This document shows positions 1 to 9,127 of a stretch of DNA of 64,000 bases, piece by piece. The DNA is taken from contig DASZWN010000002.1 of the NCBI GenBank assembly GCA_035546575.1, positions 257,056-321,055 of the forward strand. Direction: 5' to 3'. The DNA is from Minisyncoccota bacterium (GTDB taxonomy: Bacteria; Patescibacteriota; Minisyncoccia; Phycocordibacterales; SBAW01). The notes under the pieces are model-generated. The model ran no database searches and was not told the DNA's origin. It saw only the letters and a program-made list of their open reading frames with translations. Each line of letters begins with the position of its first letter. The stretch's first letter is position 1. The position numbers and the translations under genes were made by a program.

Positions 1-567
1 AGCAAAGTTGAGGAGGGCGATAGGGTACAAGTGCTTTTCAAACAAAAATCGCGGCACTACTATGCGTACAACAAGCCGCGCGGTATTATCACGCATTCGC
101 CGCAAGAGGGCGAGAAAGATATTCTGGAAAGCATTCCGCTCAAAGGAGTATTCCCTATCGGCCGACTCGATAAAGACTCCGAGGGTTTGATTATATTGAC
201 CGACGACGGCCGCATTACCGACAAACTACTTAACCCTGAGTACGAACACGAGAAGGAGTATGTGGTAACTACTAAAGAAAAGCTCGTGTCCGGCTTCCAA
301 CATAAAATGGAGCGCGGTGTCGATATAGAGGAGTATGTTACAAAACCCGCCCAGATAAAGATCTTGAGCGACCACTCCTTCTCAATCGTGCTTACCGAGG
401 GCAAAAAGCATCAGATCCGCCGCATGTGTGCCGCGGTGGGCAACACTGTCGATACGCTTAAACGTACTCGGGTTATGAATATCAAACTAGGTACCCTCAA
501 GGCAGGAGAGTATCGCGAGATCACGGGCGCAGAGCTTCAGGAATTCTTAAAAATTTTAGAGCAGTAG
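1..567 (+). CDS. RsuA/RluB/RluF-family pseudouridine synthase (5' truncated by window edge)
   Basis: Motifs YNKPRG, GRLDKDSEGLIILTDDG, HEKEY and LTEGKKHQIRRM; frame open from the window start. Confidence 0.9.
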   Translation, partial: SKVEEGDRVQVLFKQKSRHYYAYNKPRGIITHSPQEGEKDILESIPLKGVFPIGRLDKDSEGLIILTDDGRITDKLLNPEYEHEKEYVVTTKEKLVSGFQHKMERGVDIEEYVTKPAQIKILSDHSFSIVLTEGKKHQIRRMCAAVGNTVDTLKRTRVMNIKLGTLKAGEYREITGAELQEFLKILEQ

Positions 568-570
568 CTT

Positions 571-888
571 TTATTTAAATTCATAGAGTACGTCGCGAAA
601 GTTTTTTATACGATCGTCTTTGTCTAGTTCGATCCCCTCTTTTTTATACAGCTCCATTCGTTTTTTGCGATACTCCGCGTTGACCCACACGCGGCCGTCG
701 GCGTAGACAATTCTATGGAACGGGATTTTCTTCTCACCCGCGTCGTACGCTTTGCCTAAAATAGCGGTGATACTCTGCGAGGCCATCGGCCCTGCGCCCG
801 CTGCAATAGCGATCCGCCCATAGGTGCTCACTCGGCCTTTTGGGATCGAGAGCGCGAGCTCTACCACCTTTTCGCTAAATGTCCTCAT
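571..888 (-). CDS. MGMT/alkyltransferase-like DNA-binding protein
   Basis: IPKGRVSTYGRIA and IPFHRIV; the PCHRV Cys is replaced, as in ATL-type proteins. Confidence 0.8.
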   Translation of the reverse strand: MRTFSEKVVELALSIPKGRVSTYGRIAIAAGAGPMASQSITAILGKAYDAGEKKIPFHRIVYADGRVWVNAEYRKKRMELYKKEGIELDKDDRIKNFRDVLYEFK

Positions 889-1307
889 ACTCTCTTATCT
901 TGTACATAGCTAAGCGTGACACTCGTCGCCTTGTCATCGAGAGCAAGCGGTATCAGCCAATCGAGGTTATTGATGATGGGTGCGCTTCCTAGATCCTCGA
1001 TTTTATACCACGCAACCATTTCTTCGGTTTTAGACTCTATGTTGTAGTTTCCATGCGCAGCAAAAAAGTATACGTCGCAGTCTTGTTCGTGCATGAGTGC
1101 GTACTCTCGCCAACTCTCTACTGCAACTCCTGCCTCCTCTAAAAATTCGCGCTGCATAGCCTCAAGTGGAGTCTCGGCACCGTCTATGCCGCCGCCCACG
1201 CCATTGAGCTTGCCTTTTTGCCAGGCTGGGTGGGTCTTTGAAACCAGCGCGACTTCGCTCCTGTTTCGAAACAAAAATCCTACTACGTATCGCCTCCTCT
1301 CAGACAT
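885..1307 (-). CDS. NUDIX hydrolase
   Basis: Nudix box GGGIDGAETPLEAMQREFLEEAG. Confidence 0.85.
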   Translation of the reverse strand: MSERRRYVVGFLFRNRSEVALVSKTHPAWQKGKLNGVGGGIDGAETPLEAMQREFLEEAGVAVESWREYALMHEQDCDVYFFAAHGNYNIESKTEEMVAWYKIEDLGSAPIINNLDWLIPLALDDKATSVTLSYVQDKRV

Positions 1308-1456
1308 GTCTCTATAGTACTACTCTTCAAGAGTAAGTACCTCGATAGGTGCCCCACTAAAGAAAGCTTTGATCTGCTGAGCTTTGCTTGGGTTGCGAGT
1401 TGAGAGAATAACTTCCATTATTCAAAATTATGATATAACACCCGAAAAGTCGAGGA

Positions 1457-2209
1457 TTACGGCAAGCACTGTACGCTAACCGAAAAGTTTGGCGAGAGAG
1501 TTGCGGTGCATACAATAGATTTGCGTTTATCCTCAAGTGCTTGCATGCGTGCACGGATATCGATAGCTCTGCTTTTAAGGCCGCTTATTTCGTTGCTCAT
1601 ATAGAGCGATGCGTGCCCTGCCTTAACGAGGCGGTCGGTGGTAGTGCCAAACGAGTTAAGTATCTTGGTGAGGTCGGAGGTTGCCGCAAGACTGATCATT
1701 GCCGTATCTGCACTGTGGTAGGTTTTGGCGTACGCTTTGTAGTGATAGAGATTCTCCAGATTCAGCTGATTGAGTGAGGCGATAGCCTTTTCTTTGCTTA
1801 ATTGGGCCGGGATAAACTCTACCCGTTTTATCTCGCTCATGAGTGCCTGGTTTCTATCGGTAATGTTGGGCGTGAGCGCCTGATAGCGGCGATACGCCTC
1901 AGCGAGTGCATCGGCAAACTTTTGGATTTTAGGGCTGTAACTGTTGACCGACTTGGTGCATTTTGCATCGCATACATTCCTGAGCTGGTTCGCGTAGTCA
2001 GCAACATCCTGTACAAACGGCTTAAGGATAGCGTACTCGCGCTCGCGGATCTCAATCTGCGCGTTGAGTTTTGCAAAATTTTCTACCGCGGTAAGAAGCT
2101 TGTCGTACTTTCTCGGAGTCTTCTTTATTACTGTTTGGGCGCTTGCCGCACCTGGCATAGCAGAAACAAGGACCGCCCCGAGCACTAGTGCCGCAATATA
2201 TGTCTTCAT
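1457..2209 (-). CDS. Secreted helical/coiled-coil hypothetical protein
   Basis: Signal peptide MKTYIAALVLGAVLVSAMPGAASA; 250 aa ORF. Confidence 0.65.
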   Translation of the reverse strand: MKTYIAALVLGAVLVSAMPGAASAQTVIKKTPRKYDKLLTAVENFAKLNAQIEIREREYAILKPFVQDVADYANQLRNVCDAKCTKSVNSYSPKIQKFADALAEAYRRYQALTPNITDRNQALMSEIKRVEFIPAQLSKEKAIASLNQLNLENLYHYKAYAKTYHSADTAMISLAATSDLTKILNSFGTTTDRLVKAGHASLYMSNEISGLKSRAIDIRARMQALEDKRKSIVCTATLSPNFSVSVQCLP

Positions 2210-2315
2210 AGTGCAGCAATAATAGTTGGTATCTTTTTTGCCGCAACTAGAAAAATGCTAGGGTTTGTTGCCTGCTAGCGATCATACATAGATCAGTATT
2301 TGTCCGGTAACTCCC

Positions 2316-2387
2316 TATATCCCGCAAGTACGGGAGATTGCCTGCGACAGCAAGCAGGGCCGCAATAATTGCTAAAGATTCTTTTAT
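2316..2387 (-). pseudogene. Probable remnant of a membrane-protein gene (start codon ATG changed to ATA)
   Basis: TAATA overlapping the tspO stop, followed by IKESLAIIAALLAVAGNLPYLRDI (TM-like), then loss of coding character. Confidence 0.3.
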
Positions 2388-2785
2388 TACTTCCTGTTCA
2401 TCGCCGTGACGGTGAGTTGAAGCACCGAAGCAAAGCTCACCCAAGCCAGGTATGGCAGGTTACTATAGGTGACCCATGGTATGAGTGGAAGAATCACCAC
2501 AAGCGCCCATACGAGCGTTGCCCACACGGCCAGTACATCAAGGGTCGCGAGCATAAAGTTGTGCCAACGGAACTGAATAGTGGTAAACAGCGCGTTAAAG
2601 ATAAGGTTGAGCGCAAACGGAATCGCCACCACAGTAGCAATGGCACCGCTGATCCACATATAACCCACATAACCAAAGGATATAGCAATGAGGATATACA
2701 ACACTGTCCATACCGGGCCGAAAACCCAACTGGGCGGTGCCCACGAGGGTTTTTTGTAGGAGCGATATTGAGCATAGGTGCTCAT
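2387..2785 (-). CDS. tspO: TspO/MBR family tryptophan-rich sensory protein
   Basis: KPSWAPPSWVFGPVWTVLY and LPYLAWVSFASVL motifs. Confidence 0.9.
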   Translation of the reverse strand: MSTYAQYRSYKKPSWAPPSWVFGPVWTVLYILIAISFGYVGYMWISGAIATVVAIPFALNLIFNALFTTIQFRWHNFMLATLDVLAVWATLVWALVVILPLIPWVTYSNLPYLAWVSFASVLQLTVTAMNRK

Positions 2786-2845
2786 GATGAGATAAGTATA
2801 CCGCTTAAAAAATTAACAACGACGCGACTCGAACGCGTCGTCTTC

Positions 2846-3361
2846 TTATAACTTCCTGCCGTCATACGCCCAATGCAGCACCGCCTGCCGTTGTCTGGCG
2901 TGGCAGGCAAAGTCCCCTTTGCGGCAATGCTTTTTAATCTGCGCGATATGCCGGCGAATAGCTATCCAGCGTTTAATTTGCCTGTCGTCATCGGGCCCGC
3001 GTCGACCCGTGTAGTACCGGCAATACCATTGAAACCAGCCGCGCGGGTCGTCTTTATATATCCAGCCCTTCTTGCGCCAGACCGAGAGCGGCTGGCTGGC
3101 GTTGACGCGAAAAAAGTTGAGGTTCGGGTCGTGCACATAGCTCCCCTTCTTTTGAAACTTGGCTTTCGCAAACCAGTCCTTGGGGAATTCCTTGCCGCAG
3201 TCGCGCATGTACACCCCGCCAAAGACTCCGAGCGCAAGCATTTGCTTGGGAGTGAGTTCCGGCTTGAAGCGCGAGTCGAAGCGTCTCCCTACTGGTTCGC
3301 TACGAATGTAGCGGTAGCCCCGCTGCATCCGATCGTTCACCACAATAGTGCGCGGTTCCAC
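2846..3361 (-). CDS. Conserved hypothetical protein
   Basis: 171 aa ORF with LTPKQMLALGVFGG, DPRGWFQWYCRYYTGRR and RQAVLHWAYD blocks. Confidence 0.7.
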   Translation of the reverse strand: MEPRTIVVNDRMQRGYRYIRSEPVGRRFDSRFKPELTPKQMLALGVFGGVYMRDCGKEFPKDWFAKAKFQKKGSYVHDPNLNFFRVNASQPLSVWRKKGWIYKDDPRGWFQWYCRYYTGRRGPDDDRQIKRWIAIRRHIAQIKKHCRKGDFACHARQRQAVLHWAYDGRKL

Positions 3362-3452
3362 AGTGTTATTGTATCCGAAGACGAAGATAAAAAGAAAGCA
3401 TAAAAAGGTAACGATGGAATAAGATTGTGCTAAATTTTGTAGCCTGTTTAAA

Positions 3453-3641
3453 TTACTTTATCTCAACGTTCTTCGCGAGAGTCTTGAATCGTTCACCGTT
3501 TCCCTGCAATACAGTAATGGTCACAGCTCCGGTTTTACTCGTCTTTATATCTTGGACTGTTCCCGATTTACCCGCATGCGTGCCAGCAACAACCTTACAC
3601 TTAGCACCATCTTTCAATTTTTTATTTGATGTCTGTTTCAT
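3453..3641 (-). CDS. Small KOW-motif RNA-binding protein
   Basis: GAKCKVVAGTHAGKSGTV is KOW-like; start placed at MKQTSN. Confidence 0.65.
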   Translation of the reverse strand: MKQTSNKKLKDGAKCKVVAGTHAGKSGTVQDIKTSKTGAVTITVLQGNGERFKTLAKNVEIK

Positions 3642-3668
3642 TGAATACATTATGCCATTAGAATCCAT

Positions 3669-3704
3669 AATCAAAAAGACCCGCAATTGCGGGTCTTTTT
3701 GATT
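3669..3704. terminator. Intrinsic (bidirectional) terminator
   Basis: AATCAAAAAGACCCGC-AATT-GCGGGTCTTTTTGATT perfect inverted repeat after hsp20. Confidence 0.8.
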
Positions 3705-4206
3705 ACTCAACATCTATCTTGACGCGTTTCTTCATTTCTTCTTCCGACTTCGGGAGAGTGATTGTGAGGACTCCGTTTTTAGATTTTGCCACAATGGAAT
3801 CCTTGTTCACCCGAGCAGGCAACGAAAATTCGCGCCTGAACTCTCCGTACTCTCTCTCATATCGGTAGACCTTACCATTCTTTTCGTCTTTATTTTCTTT
3901 TTCGATCTTTCCCGACAGTGAGAGATAGTCGTCCCCAACTTCTACATTGATATCTTTCGGATCAATACCAGGAACATTGGCTGTTACCTTGATTTCATTG
4001 TCCGTCTCTTCGACATCAACCTTAGGGAAGACTGTTGAGACATTACCAAGCCCGCGACTTCGGAAGAGACTCGGCGTCATCATGTTGAACGGATCCCACA
4101 CAGAATCGTCGAAGAATCTATCAATGAGAGAGAAGGGGCTCGCGAAGTCATCGCGTCGAGACAGTGCCTGATTCTGGTTATCTCTCTTTTGGATTTCTGT
4201 TTTCAT
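3703..4206 (-). CDS. Hsp20/alpha-crystallin small heat-shock protein
   Basis: PKVDVEETD, ANVPGI, EREYGEFRREFSLP and NGVLTITLPK. Confidence 0.95.
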   Translation of the reverse strand: MKTEIQKRDNQNQALSRRDDFASPFSLIDRFFDDSVWDPFNMMTPSLFRSRGLGNVSTVFPKVDVEETDNEIKVTANVPGIDPKDINVEVGDDYLSLSGKIEKENKDEKNGKVYRYEREYGEFRREFSLPARVNKDSIVAKSKNGVLTITLPKSEEEMKKRVKIDVE

Positions 4207-4518
4207 ATCTTATGCGATTAACTTCTGGTAATGCCCCTTGTATTCGACCTCAAACAAGGGATTAGAATTCCTTACACACCAGCCTAGGGATGTTATCTCT
4301 GATTTCCCCTAGACTCTAGAGAACCTCTGTTCTCCTATTTTCGCTTCTCGCGATTTAATTACGCACTATTCAATTTTGACTGACAGGAGATGCTAAGTGG
4401 CATCAGAAATTGAACGAATGAATTTCTTTAGCCAAGCACCTTCACTTTTTTGTCCTGCTAAAGTCATACAATCTTTATTTCTGCTTAGCGGTGGTCGACC
4501 ACTCCGCCTACACTTTAT

Positions 4519-4546
4519 TAAACGCGAGAGTCCTCAAAAGGTGTCA
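4519..4546 (-). promoter_or_regulatory. Putative ECF-sigma promoter (TGACAC-N16-CGTT) upstream of hsp20
   Basis: TGACACCTTTT-gaggactctcg-CGTTTA; same motif and spacing at 4902-4929. Confidence 0.6.
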
Positions 4547-4894
4547 TCAGAAATTTCTCCAAAAGTCTCTAAAAAACTTCTCCTGCTCCTCAAAGTATTC
4601 GTCCATAGCCTTCATTCTCGCTTCGGTTTGTTTTCTCATCTGTTCCAAATCTTTTTCTGTAATTGGAGTAGTCGTAGAATATGTCTTTGCCTTCCCATTC
4701 TCGTAAACAGTGACAACCTCACTGCGGAATCCGTACGGCGATTCAATAGCCAGAGACGCCTCCGAGGAAGTGGCTTGTGAAGTATTTAGTATGGGTACCT
4801 GCCTGGACTCGGGCTTCTTCCAAAGATATATATTGGCGAGGAAACTTACCACGAGCAAAGCAGACACAAAATAAAGAATCTGCCTATCTTTCAT
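4547..4894 (-). CDS. Small membrane-anchored hypothetical protein
   Basis: N-terminal TM helix; lies between the ECF sigma and hsp20. Confidence 0.65.
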   Translation of the reverse strand: MKDRQILYFVSALLVVSFLANIYLWKKPESRQVPILNTSQATSSEASLAIESPYGFRSEVVTVYENGKAKTYSTTTPITEKDLEQMRKQTEARMKAMDEYFEEQEKFFRDFWRNF

Positions 4895-4901
4895 ACCCTA
4901 G

Positions 4902-4929
4902 TAAACGAAGGATGAGCAAAAAGGTGTCA
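4902..4929 (-). promoter_or_regulatory. Putative ECF-sigma promoter (TGACAC-N16-CGTT)
   Basis: TGACACCTTTT-tgctcatcctt-CGTTTA ending 7 nt before the next ATG. Confidence 0.6.
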
Positions 4930-5511
4930 TTTCTTGAGAAATCGAGGCTTAGTATATGCTCGTTTTTTCTGCCCAAAACCAGCCATGTCCTTAAGATATG
5001 GGTGAGCAGAAAGTTTTCTTCTCGTTCTAGAGAGATTGAGTTTCACCGCATTTTCTGTTGACTTTGTGATAGTTGCGATATCCTTAATTGATTTTTCGTC
5101 TTGGTAGTGCATGAGAAGAACGTCCCGATTTGATGAGGGGAGTGTTTGAATTGCATGCCAAAGTGCTTCGGCATCACTTTTGCGTTCAATATCCTCCGTG
5201 ACCTCATATGGTATATCTTCAACGTCTTCGATTGGTACCGATTTTGGTTTGCGGTAGTGGTCTATGAGAAGATGCCGGGCTATCGTTAAAAGATATGTCA
5301 GGTATGAATATCCTCTAATACGGAATTTTTGTAAATTCTGAAACGCCTTCAAAAAAGTCTCTTGCATTAAATCTTCCGACAGCGCTTTGTCGTGACCGGT
5401 TCGATACCAGAAATAATTAAATACTTTATCCGCGTATTTCTTGTACAGATCTTCAAAAGACTTTGGATCGCCTTTAGCAATTTCTACGAGTTTTGTATCT
5501 TCATTATTCAC
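4927..5511 (-). CDS. ECF-type RNA polymerase sigma factor
   Basis: Region 2 EDLMQETFLKAF...YLLTIARHLLIDHYRK; region 4 SIKDIATITKSTENAVKLNLSRTR. Confidence 0.9.
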   Translation of the reverse strand: MNNEDTKLVEIAKGDPKSFEDLYKKYADKVFNYFWYRTGHDKALSEDLMQETFLKAFQNLQKFRIRGYSYLTYLLTIARHLLIDHYRKPKSVPIEDVEDIPYEVTEDIERKSDAEALWHAIQTLPSSNRDVLLMHYQDEKSIKDIATITKSTENAVKLNLSRTRRKLSAHPYLKDMAGFGQKKRAYTKPRFLKK

Positions 5512-5523
5512 GGGTAAATTTTA

Positions 5524-5558
5524 GCAAAAAACCACCAATTTGTGTTGGTGGTTTTTGC
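5524..5558 (-). terminator. Intrinsic terminator
   Basis: GCAAAAAACCACCAA...TTGGTGGTTTTTGC inverted repeat. Confidence 0.7.
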
Positions 5559-5562
5559 TCTG

Positions 5563-5690
5563 AATACCGCACTCAGCGGGTATGCCATTTTCGGAATAGA
5601 TGCCTATGCGTGTCAGTCTCCTGACTTAGCATATGGTGGCTGGCCGACTTGGGCTCGAACTTTTATCAGCCAAGCCCTGCAAGGCGGATT
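5563..5690 (-). ncRNA. Candidate structured small RNA
   Basis: 5' and 3' ends pair; internal hairpins including GTCAG-GAGA-CTGAC; -10-like TAAAAT just upstream and terminator just downstream. Confidence 0.35.
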
Positions 5691-5731
5691 AGTTACATTT
5701 TACACTTTTCAAACAACGCGTCTTGAGCGCA

Positions 5732-6148
5732 CTAAATTTTAGACCATTTACCCTCGGAGATCACCTCAATAGCCCCATCTACAACCTTGATGGCGGTTTG
5801 ATCGTCTATTTGATACAGAGGATTTTTAGAAGTTTTTTTGTACTCTTCATTGCTTGCATGGCTTACGTGCTCTGGAGCGTGAGGAGATATTTCAAAATCT
5901 ACGAGCCCTACCCCGGTTAAATCAGTAAGTCCCGGCAAATTCACATCTCCTCCATCTATGCTCGCAATTGCAATACTTGGAGTAATGATAATGGTTCCAG
6001 CGCTGATGCCTACATATACTTTTGTATTGATATTTTCTTTCAACCAAATATCGAAACCTGATTTCCGCATCTGATCGAGTAAGTAGAATGTATTGCCTCC
6101 GCTCACTAAAATAATGTCTACTTCGGCAAGGCGTTTCTTCCAGTCCAC
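5732..6148 (-). pseudogene. Peptidase S51/PepE-like protein, apparently N-terminally truncated
   Basis: VSGGNTFYLL and YVGISAG motifs; only 138 aa, with an in-frame stop shortly upstream. Confidence 0.6.
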
Positions 6149-6263
6149 TTCTGCCGCCCGGCTGACGGTGTTGGATAATATCCGAACCGTGCTTGAGCTG
6201 GATTGAATAATACATTAGGGTAAATAGAGTTCGTTCCCACTGCCACTTTTGGAAGGAAAACCC

Positions 6264-6728
6264 ATGGCAAACGGCACAATCGTCGCGATCTGCATCAGCC
6301 CGGCCGCGGGCGCACCGATGCAGCAAGTGCAGGAAGTCGAAGCAATTGCCGGAGAAGGTCTTGCGGGTGACCGCTATTCTCGAGGCGAAGGCAGCTTCAA
6401 CAAAGGCAAGAAGGGTCGCCGGCAAGTTACCCTGATCAATGCACTCTTTGTCGAGGGAAGCGGGTTCGCCTACCACGAGACACGCCGCAACATCGCGGTG
6501 CGTGGCATCGAACTCATGGATCAAATCGGCCAAGAGTTCCACATCGACGGCGTACGTTTGCGCGGCATCAAATATTCCGACCCGTGCATGCGGCCCACCA
6601 AGCTAAGCGGCAACAAGCTAGCCTTCCGTGACGTCTTTCATGACCGCGGTGGCATCGTCGCCGAGATTCTCGAAGGCGGCACTATCAAAGTTGGCAGCGT
6701 CGTGATTCCTCGCACTAAGGACTACTGA
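6264..6728 (+). CDS. MOSC-domain protein
   Basis: GLAGDRY, RQVTLI, TRRNI, PCMRP and DRGGIVAEILEGGTIKVG; SD AAGGA before MANGT. Confidence 0.85.
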   Translation: MANGTIVAICISPAAGAPMQQVQEVEAIAGEGLAGDRYSRGEGSFNKGKKGRRQVTLINALFVEGSGFAYHETRRNIAVRGIELMDQIGQEFHIDGVRLRGIKYSDPCMRPTKLSGNKLAFRDVFHDRGGIVAEILEGGTIKVGSVVIPRTKDY

Positions 6729-6839
6729 TCGATTCGGTGCCAACTTCTCGAAGACCGCTGCGCAAGCGGTCTTTTCTTTTTATTATAAAGTTCGAACGGT
6801 ACAATTCCCCTACCTAGAAAACCCTTGCACCATAACGAG

Positions 6840-6910
6840 CTGGGGTACATGGATTCGAACCACGATTAAAGGCTTCAAAGGCCTCTGTCCTACCATTAGA
6901 CGATACCCCA
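6840..6910 (-). tRNA. tRNA-Gln(TTG)
   Basis: Cloverleaf TGGGGTA...TACCCCA; anticodon loop CTTTGAA; GGTTCGAATCC. Confidence 0.95.
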
Positions 6911-7034
6911 ATACGCATTGAGGATATCAATATAGACACAAAAATGAAAGCCTGAACCTTCTTCATGAAAGACTCATAGAATGTGCGGTATTACTAGCGC
7001 AGGTCGGGAATAATTAGAAATTAGCTAAATATAA

Positions 7035-7580
7035 ATGAATATGAACAGAAACGTTGGTATAGGCGTTATTGTCATTTTGATACTTGCACTCGGCGCATGG
7101 TGGTTCTGGGGCTCTTCTAGCATGAACAGCTCTGACACATCAAACACCGCCTCAAGCACCGATGTAACTACCGGTACTAATGGTACTAATGGCCAGACAC
7201 AGACAACCTCGGGCACCGGCACCTTCCGCACGCTTGTAACGCAGGGTGGCAACTACACTTGTACGGTTATGACGACTCCTACAGAGAGCAGCCGCACAAC
7301 CGGTACGATCTACAGCGCAGGCGGCAAGACGCGCCTCGACCTCAAGATCACGACCAATGGCACAGATGTAACGATGCACACCATCCGCAGCGGTGGCACT
7401 GCATACACGTGGGTTGACGGTCAGACAAAGGGCACCAAGAGCACGATCACTGCGTCGAGCGCGATAGTGCCGCAGCCAACCGGCGCGACGATTTCGGACG
7501 ACTCGGAGATTTCTTCGGACTGCCATCCCTGGTCGCCGGTCGCATCGCAGTTTGTGGTACCGGCAGGGATAACGTTCTAA
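7035..7580 (+). CDS. Membrane-anchored exported protein, Thr/Ser-rich
   Basis: N-terminal TM, low-complexity linker and two conserved-looking Cys (YTC, DCHPW). Confidence 0.7.
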   Translation: MNMNRNVGIGVIVILILALGAWWFWGSSSMNSSDTSNTASSTDVTTGTNGTNGQTQTTSGTGTFRTLVTQGGNYTCTVMTTPTESSRTTGTIYSAGGKTRLDLKITTNGTDVTMHTIRSGGTAYTWVDGQTKGTKSTITASSAIVPQPTGATISDDSEISSDCHPWSPVASQFVVPAGITF

Positions 7581-8629
7581 GCAGGCAGTCGATAGATAGC
7601 TAGCTCCAAAGGCAGCGAAGGTACGGGGGCTCGCGGGATCTCAATCAAGGCGGTCAACATTTCCGCCAGCATCTGAGAATTCACGCGAGTCCCCTCTTTG
7701 CTTGCCAGAGTTTCTAAAAATGCAAGATCGTCTGCGCCAAACTGCTCCGCTAGATCCTTTTTCATGCTCGGAGCAAACCGCAGAAGGAGCACGCCTCTCA
7801 TTTTGTTGATAGTAAGGAGCGCGAATACATGCGGCTCGGAGCCTTGCGCGAGCGCTCGGTGGAGCACGGAGAGCGCCTTTTCGATATCGTGCACCGAAAG
7901 TGCCGAGAGAAAGTCGTTGACGAGCTTGCCAGGCGGAGCGCCCACAACACGTGCAATCTCCTCTTCAGAAAGCGCATCATCTTGAGAGATCGTGAGTACT
8001 TTCTGGAGGGTCCCTAGCGTGTCGCGGAAAGAGCCGTCGCCCATAAGCGCAATTAATTCAGCCCCGGCAGGCTCCAGTTTGTAGCCCTCTTTTTTGGCCA
8101 CATCGAGCACCAACTTTTTGAGCGTCTCGTGGCTAGGCTTTTTAAAGCGGAATACCTGGCAGCGCGACTGGATAGTCTCCGGCACGCGGTCGAGCTCGGT
8201 AGTTGCGAGTACAAATATTGCATGTGCGGGCGGCTCTTCAAGCGTTTTCAAAAATGCGCCCCATGCGTCTTTAGTGAGCGCATGCGCCTCGTCGATTATG
8301 TAGAACTTGTACTTAGAGTCAAACGGGAGCGTCGAGACACCCTCGCGCAGCGCGCGGACCTCGTCGATGCCGCGATTGCTCGCCGCGTCCATCTCGTAGA
8401 TATCCTGGTCGCTTGTCTCAAGTGCATGCGCCAAGATGCGCGCCATGCTGGTCTTGCCCGTGCCGCGCCCGCCAGAAAACAAGTAGGCATGAGCGATTTC
8501 TCCCTTCTTAATCGCCGCCTCAAGCACCGAGACCACTTCCTCTTGCCCGCGTACCTCAGAGAATTTAGAAGGGCGATACTTCCGGTAAAGCGCCGTGGGC
8601 GCCTGTATCTCGTCATTAGATTTTGCCAT
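7577..8629 (-). CDS. dnaX: DNA polymerase III subunit gamma/tau (short form)
   Basis: ALYRKYRP, HAYLFSGGRGTGKTS, DAASNRGID, IIDEAH and TIQSRCQ. Confidence 0.95.
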   Translation of the reverse strand: MAKSNDEIQAPTALYRKYRPSKFSEVRGQEEVVSVLEAAIKKGEIAHAYLFSGGRGTGKTSMARILAHALETSDQDIYEMDAASNRGIDEVRALREGVSTLPFDSKYKFYIIDEAHALTKDAWGAFLKTLEEPPAHAIFVLATTELDRVPETIQSRCQVFRFKKPSHETLKKLVLDVAKKEGYKLEPAGAELIALMGDGSFRDTLGTLQKVLTISQDDALSEEEIARVVGAPPGKLVNDFLSALSVHDIEKALSVLHRALAQGSEPHVFALLTINKMRGVLLLRFAPSMKKDLAEQFGADDLAFLETLASKEGTRVNSQMLAEMLTALIEIPRAPVPSLPLELAIYRLPA

Positions 8630-8652
8630 GGGCCTATTGTACCCTTTTCTCT

Positions 8653-9069
8653 TTATTTTTTCGAAACCGCTTTCTTGGCTTTCTTTGCTGTTTTTTTGGC
8701 TGTGCGCTTTGCAGTCTTGGCACCCTTAGCACCGCTCTTTTGTGCTGCTTGCATATGCACCCACGCGCTCTTAAAGTCCTTTGCCATCTGAGACATCTCA
8801 GCTGCCGAGGCTCCGGCTTTGCTTCCGTACTGCTTCAAGACTCGCTCTGCGAGCGCGATGTACTGCTCTTTATCGATATCGTTGAGCTTCTCTACTGCAT
8901 CGAGCACTTCTGCACGCGCTTTAAGCATCCAGCTTTTAGCCATCTTGCGGTGCTGCGCCGAGTGCTTGGCGCCATAGAGCCAGTATGCTGCCGCACCCGC
9001 AGTAGCCGCTGCGGCAAGACCTGCTCCCATGCCAACCGACATCTTCATTCCTGAGTTTTTCTTTGCCAT
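8653..9069 (-). CDS. Hypothetical protein with Lys/Ala-rich C-terminal tail
   Basis: Hydrophobic N-terminus; AKKTAKKAKK tail. Confidence 0.7.
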   Translation of the reverse strand: MAKKNSGMKMSVGMGAGLAAAATAGAAAYWLYGAKHSAQHRKMAKSWMLKARAEVLDAVEKLNDIDKEQYIALAERVLKQYGSKAGASAAEMSQMAKDFKSAWVHMQAAQKSGAKGAKTAKRTAKKTAKKAKKAVSKK

Positions 9070-9127
9070 ATGAATTTTCAGATAAGTAATTAATGAACCG
9101 TTACCTAGTAGTAGTACACCATCAAAA

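Noticed and set aside
4350-4397. CIRCE or CtsR operator before hsp20
   Set aside because: Only partial similarity; spacing and half-sites do not match TTAGCACTC-N9-GAGTGCTAA or the CtsR heptads.
5600-5640. Cobalamin or c-di-GMP riboswitch
   Set aside because: AGTCAGGAGACTG is only a local resemblance; the other conserved elements are missing.
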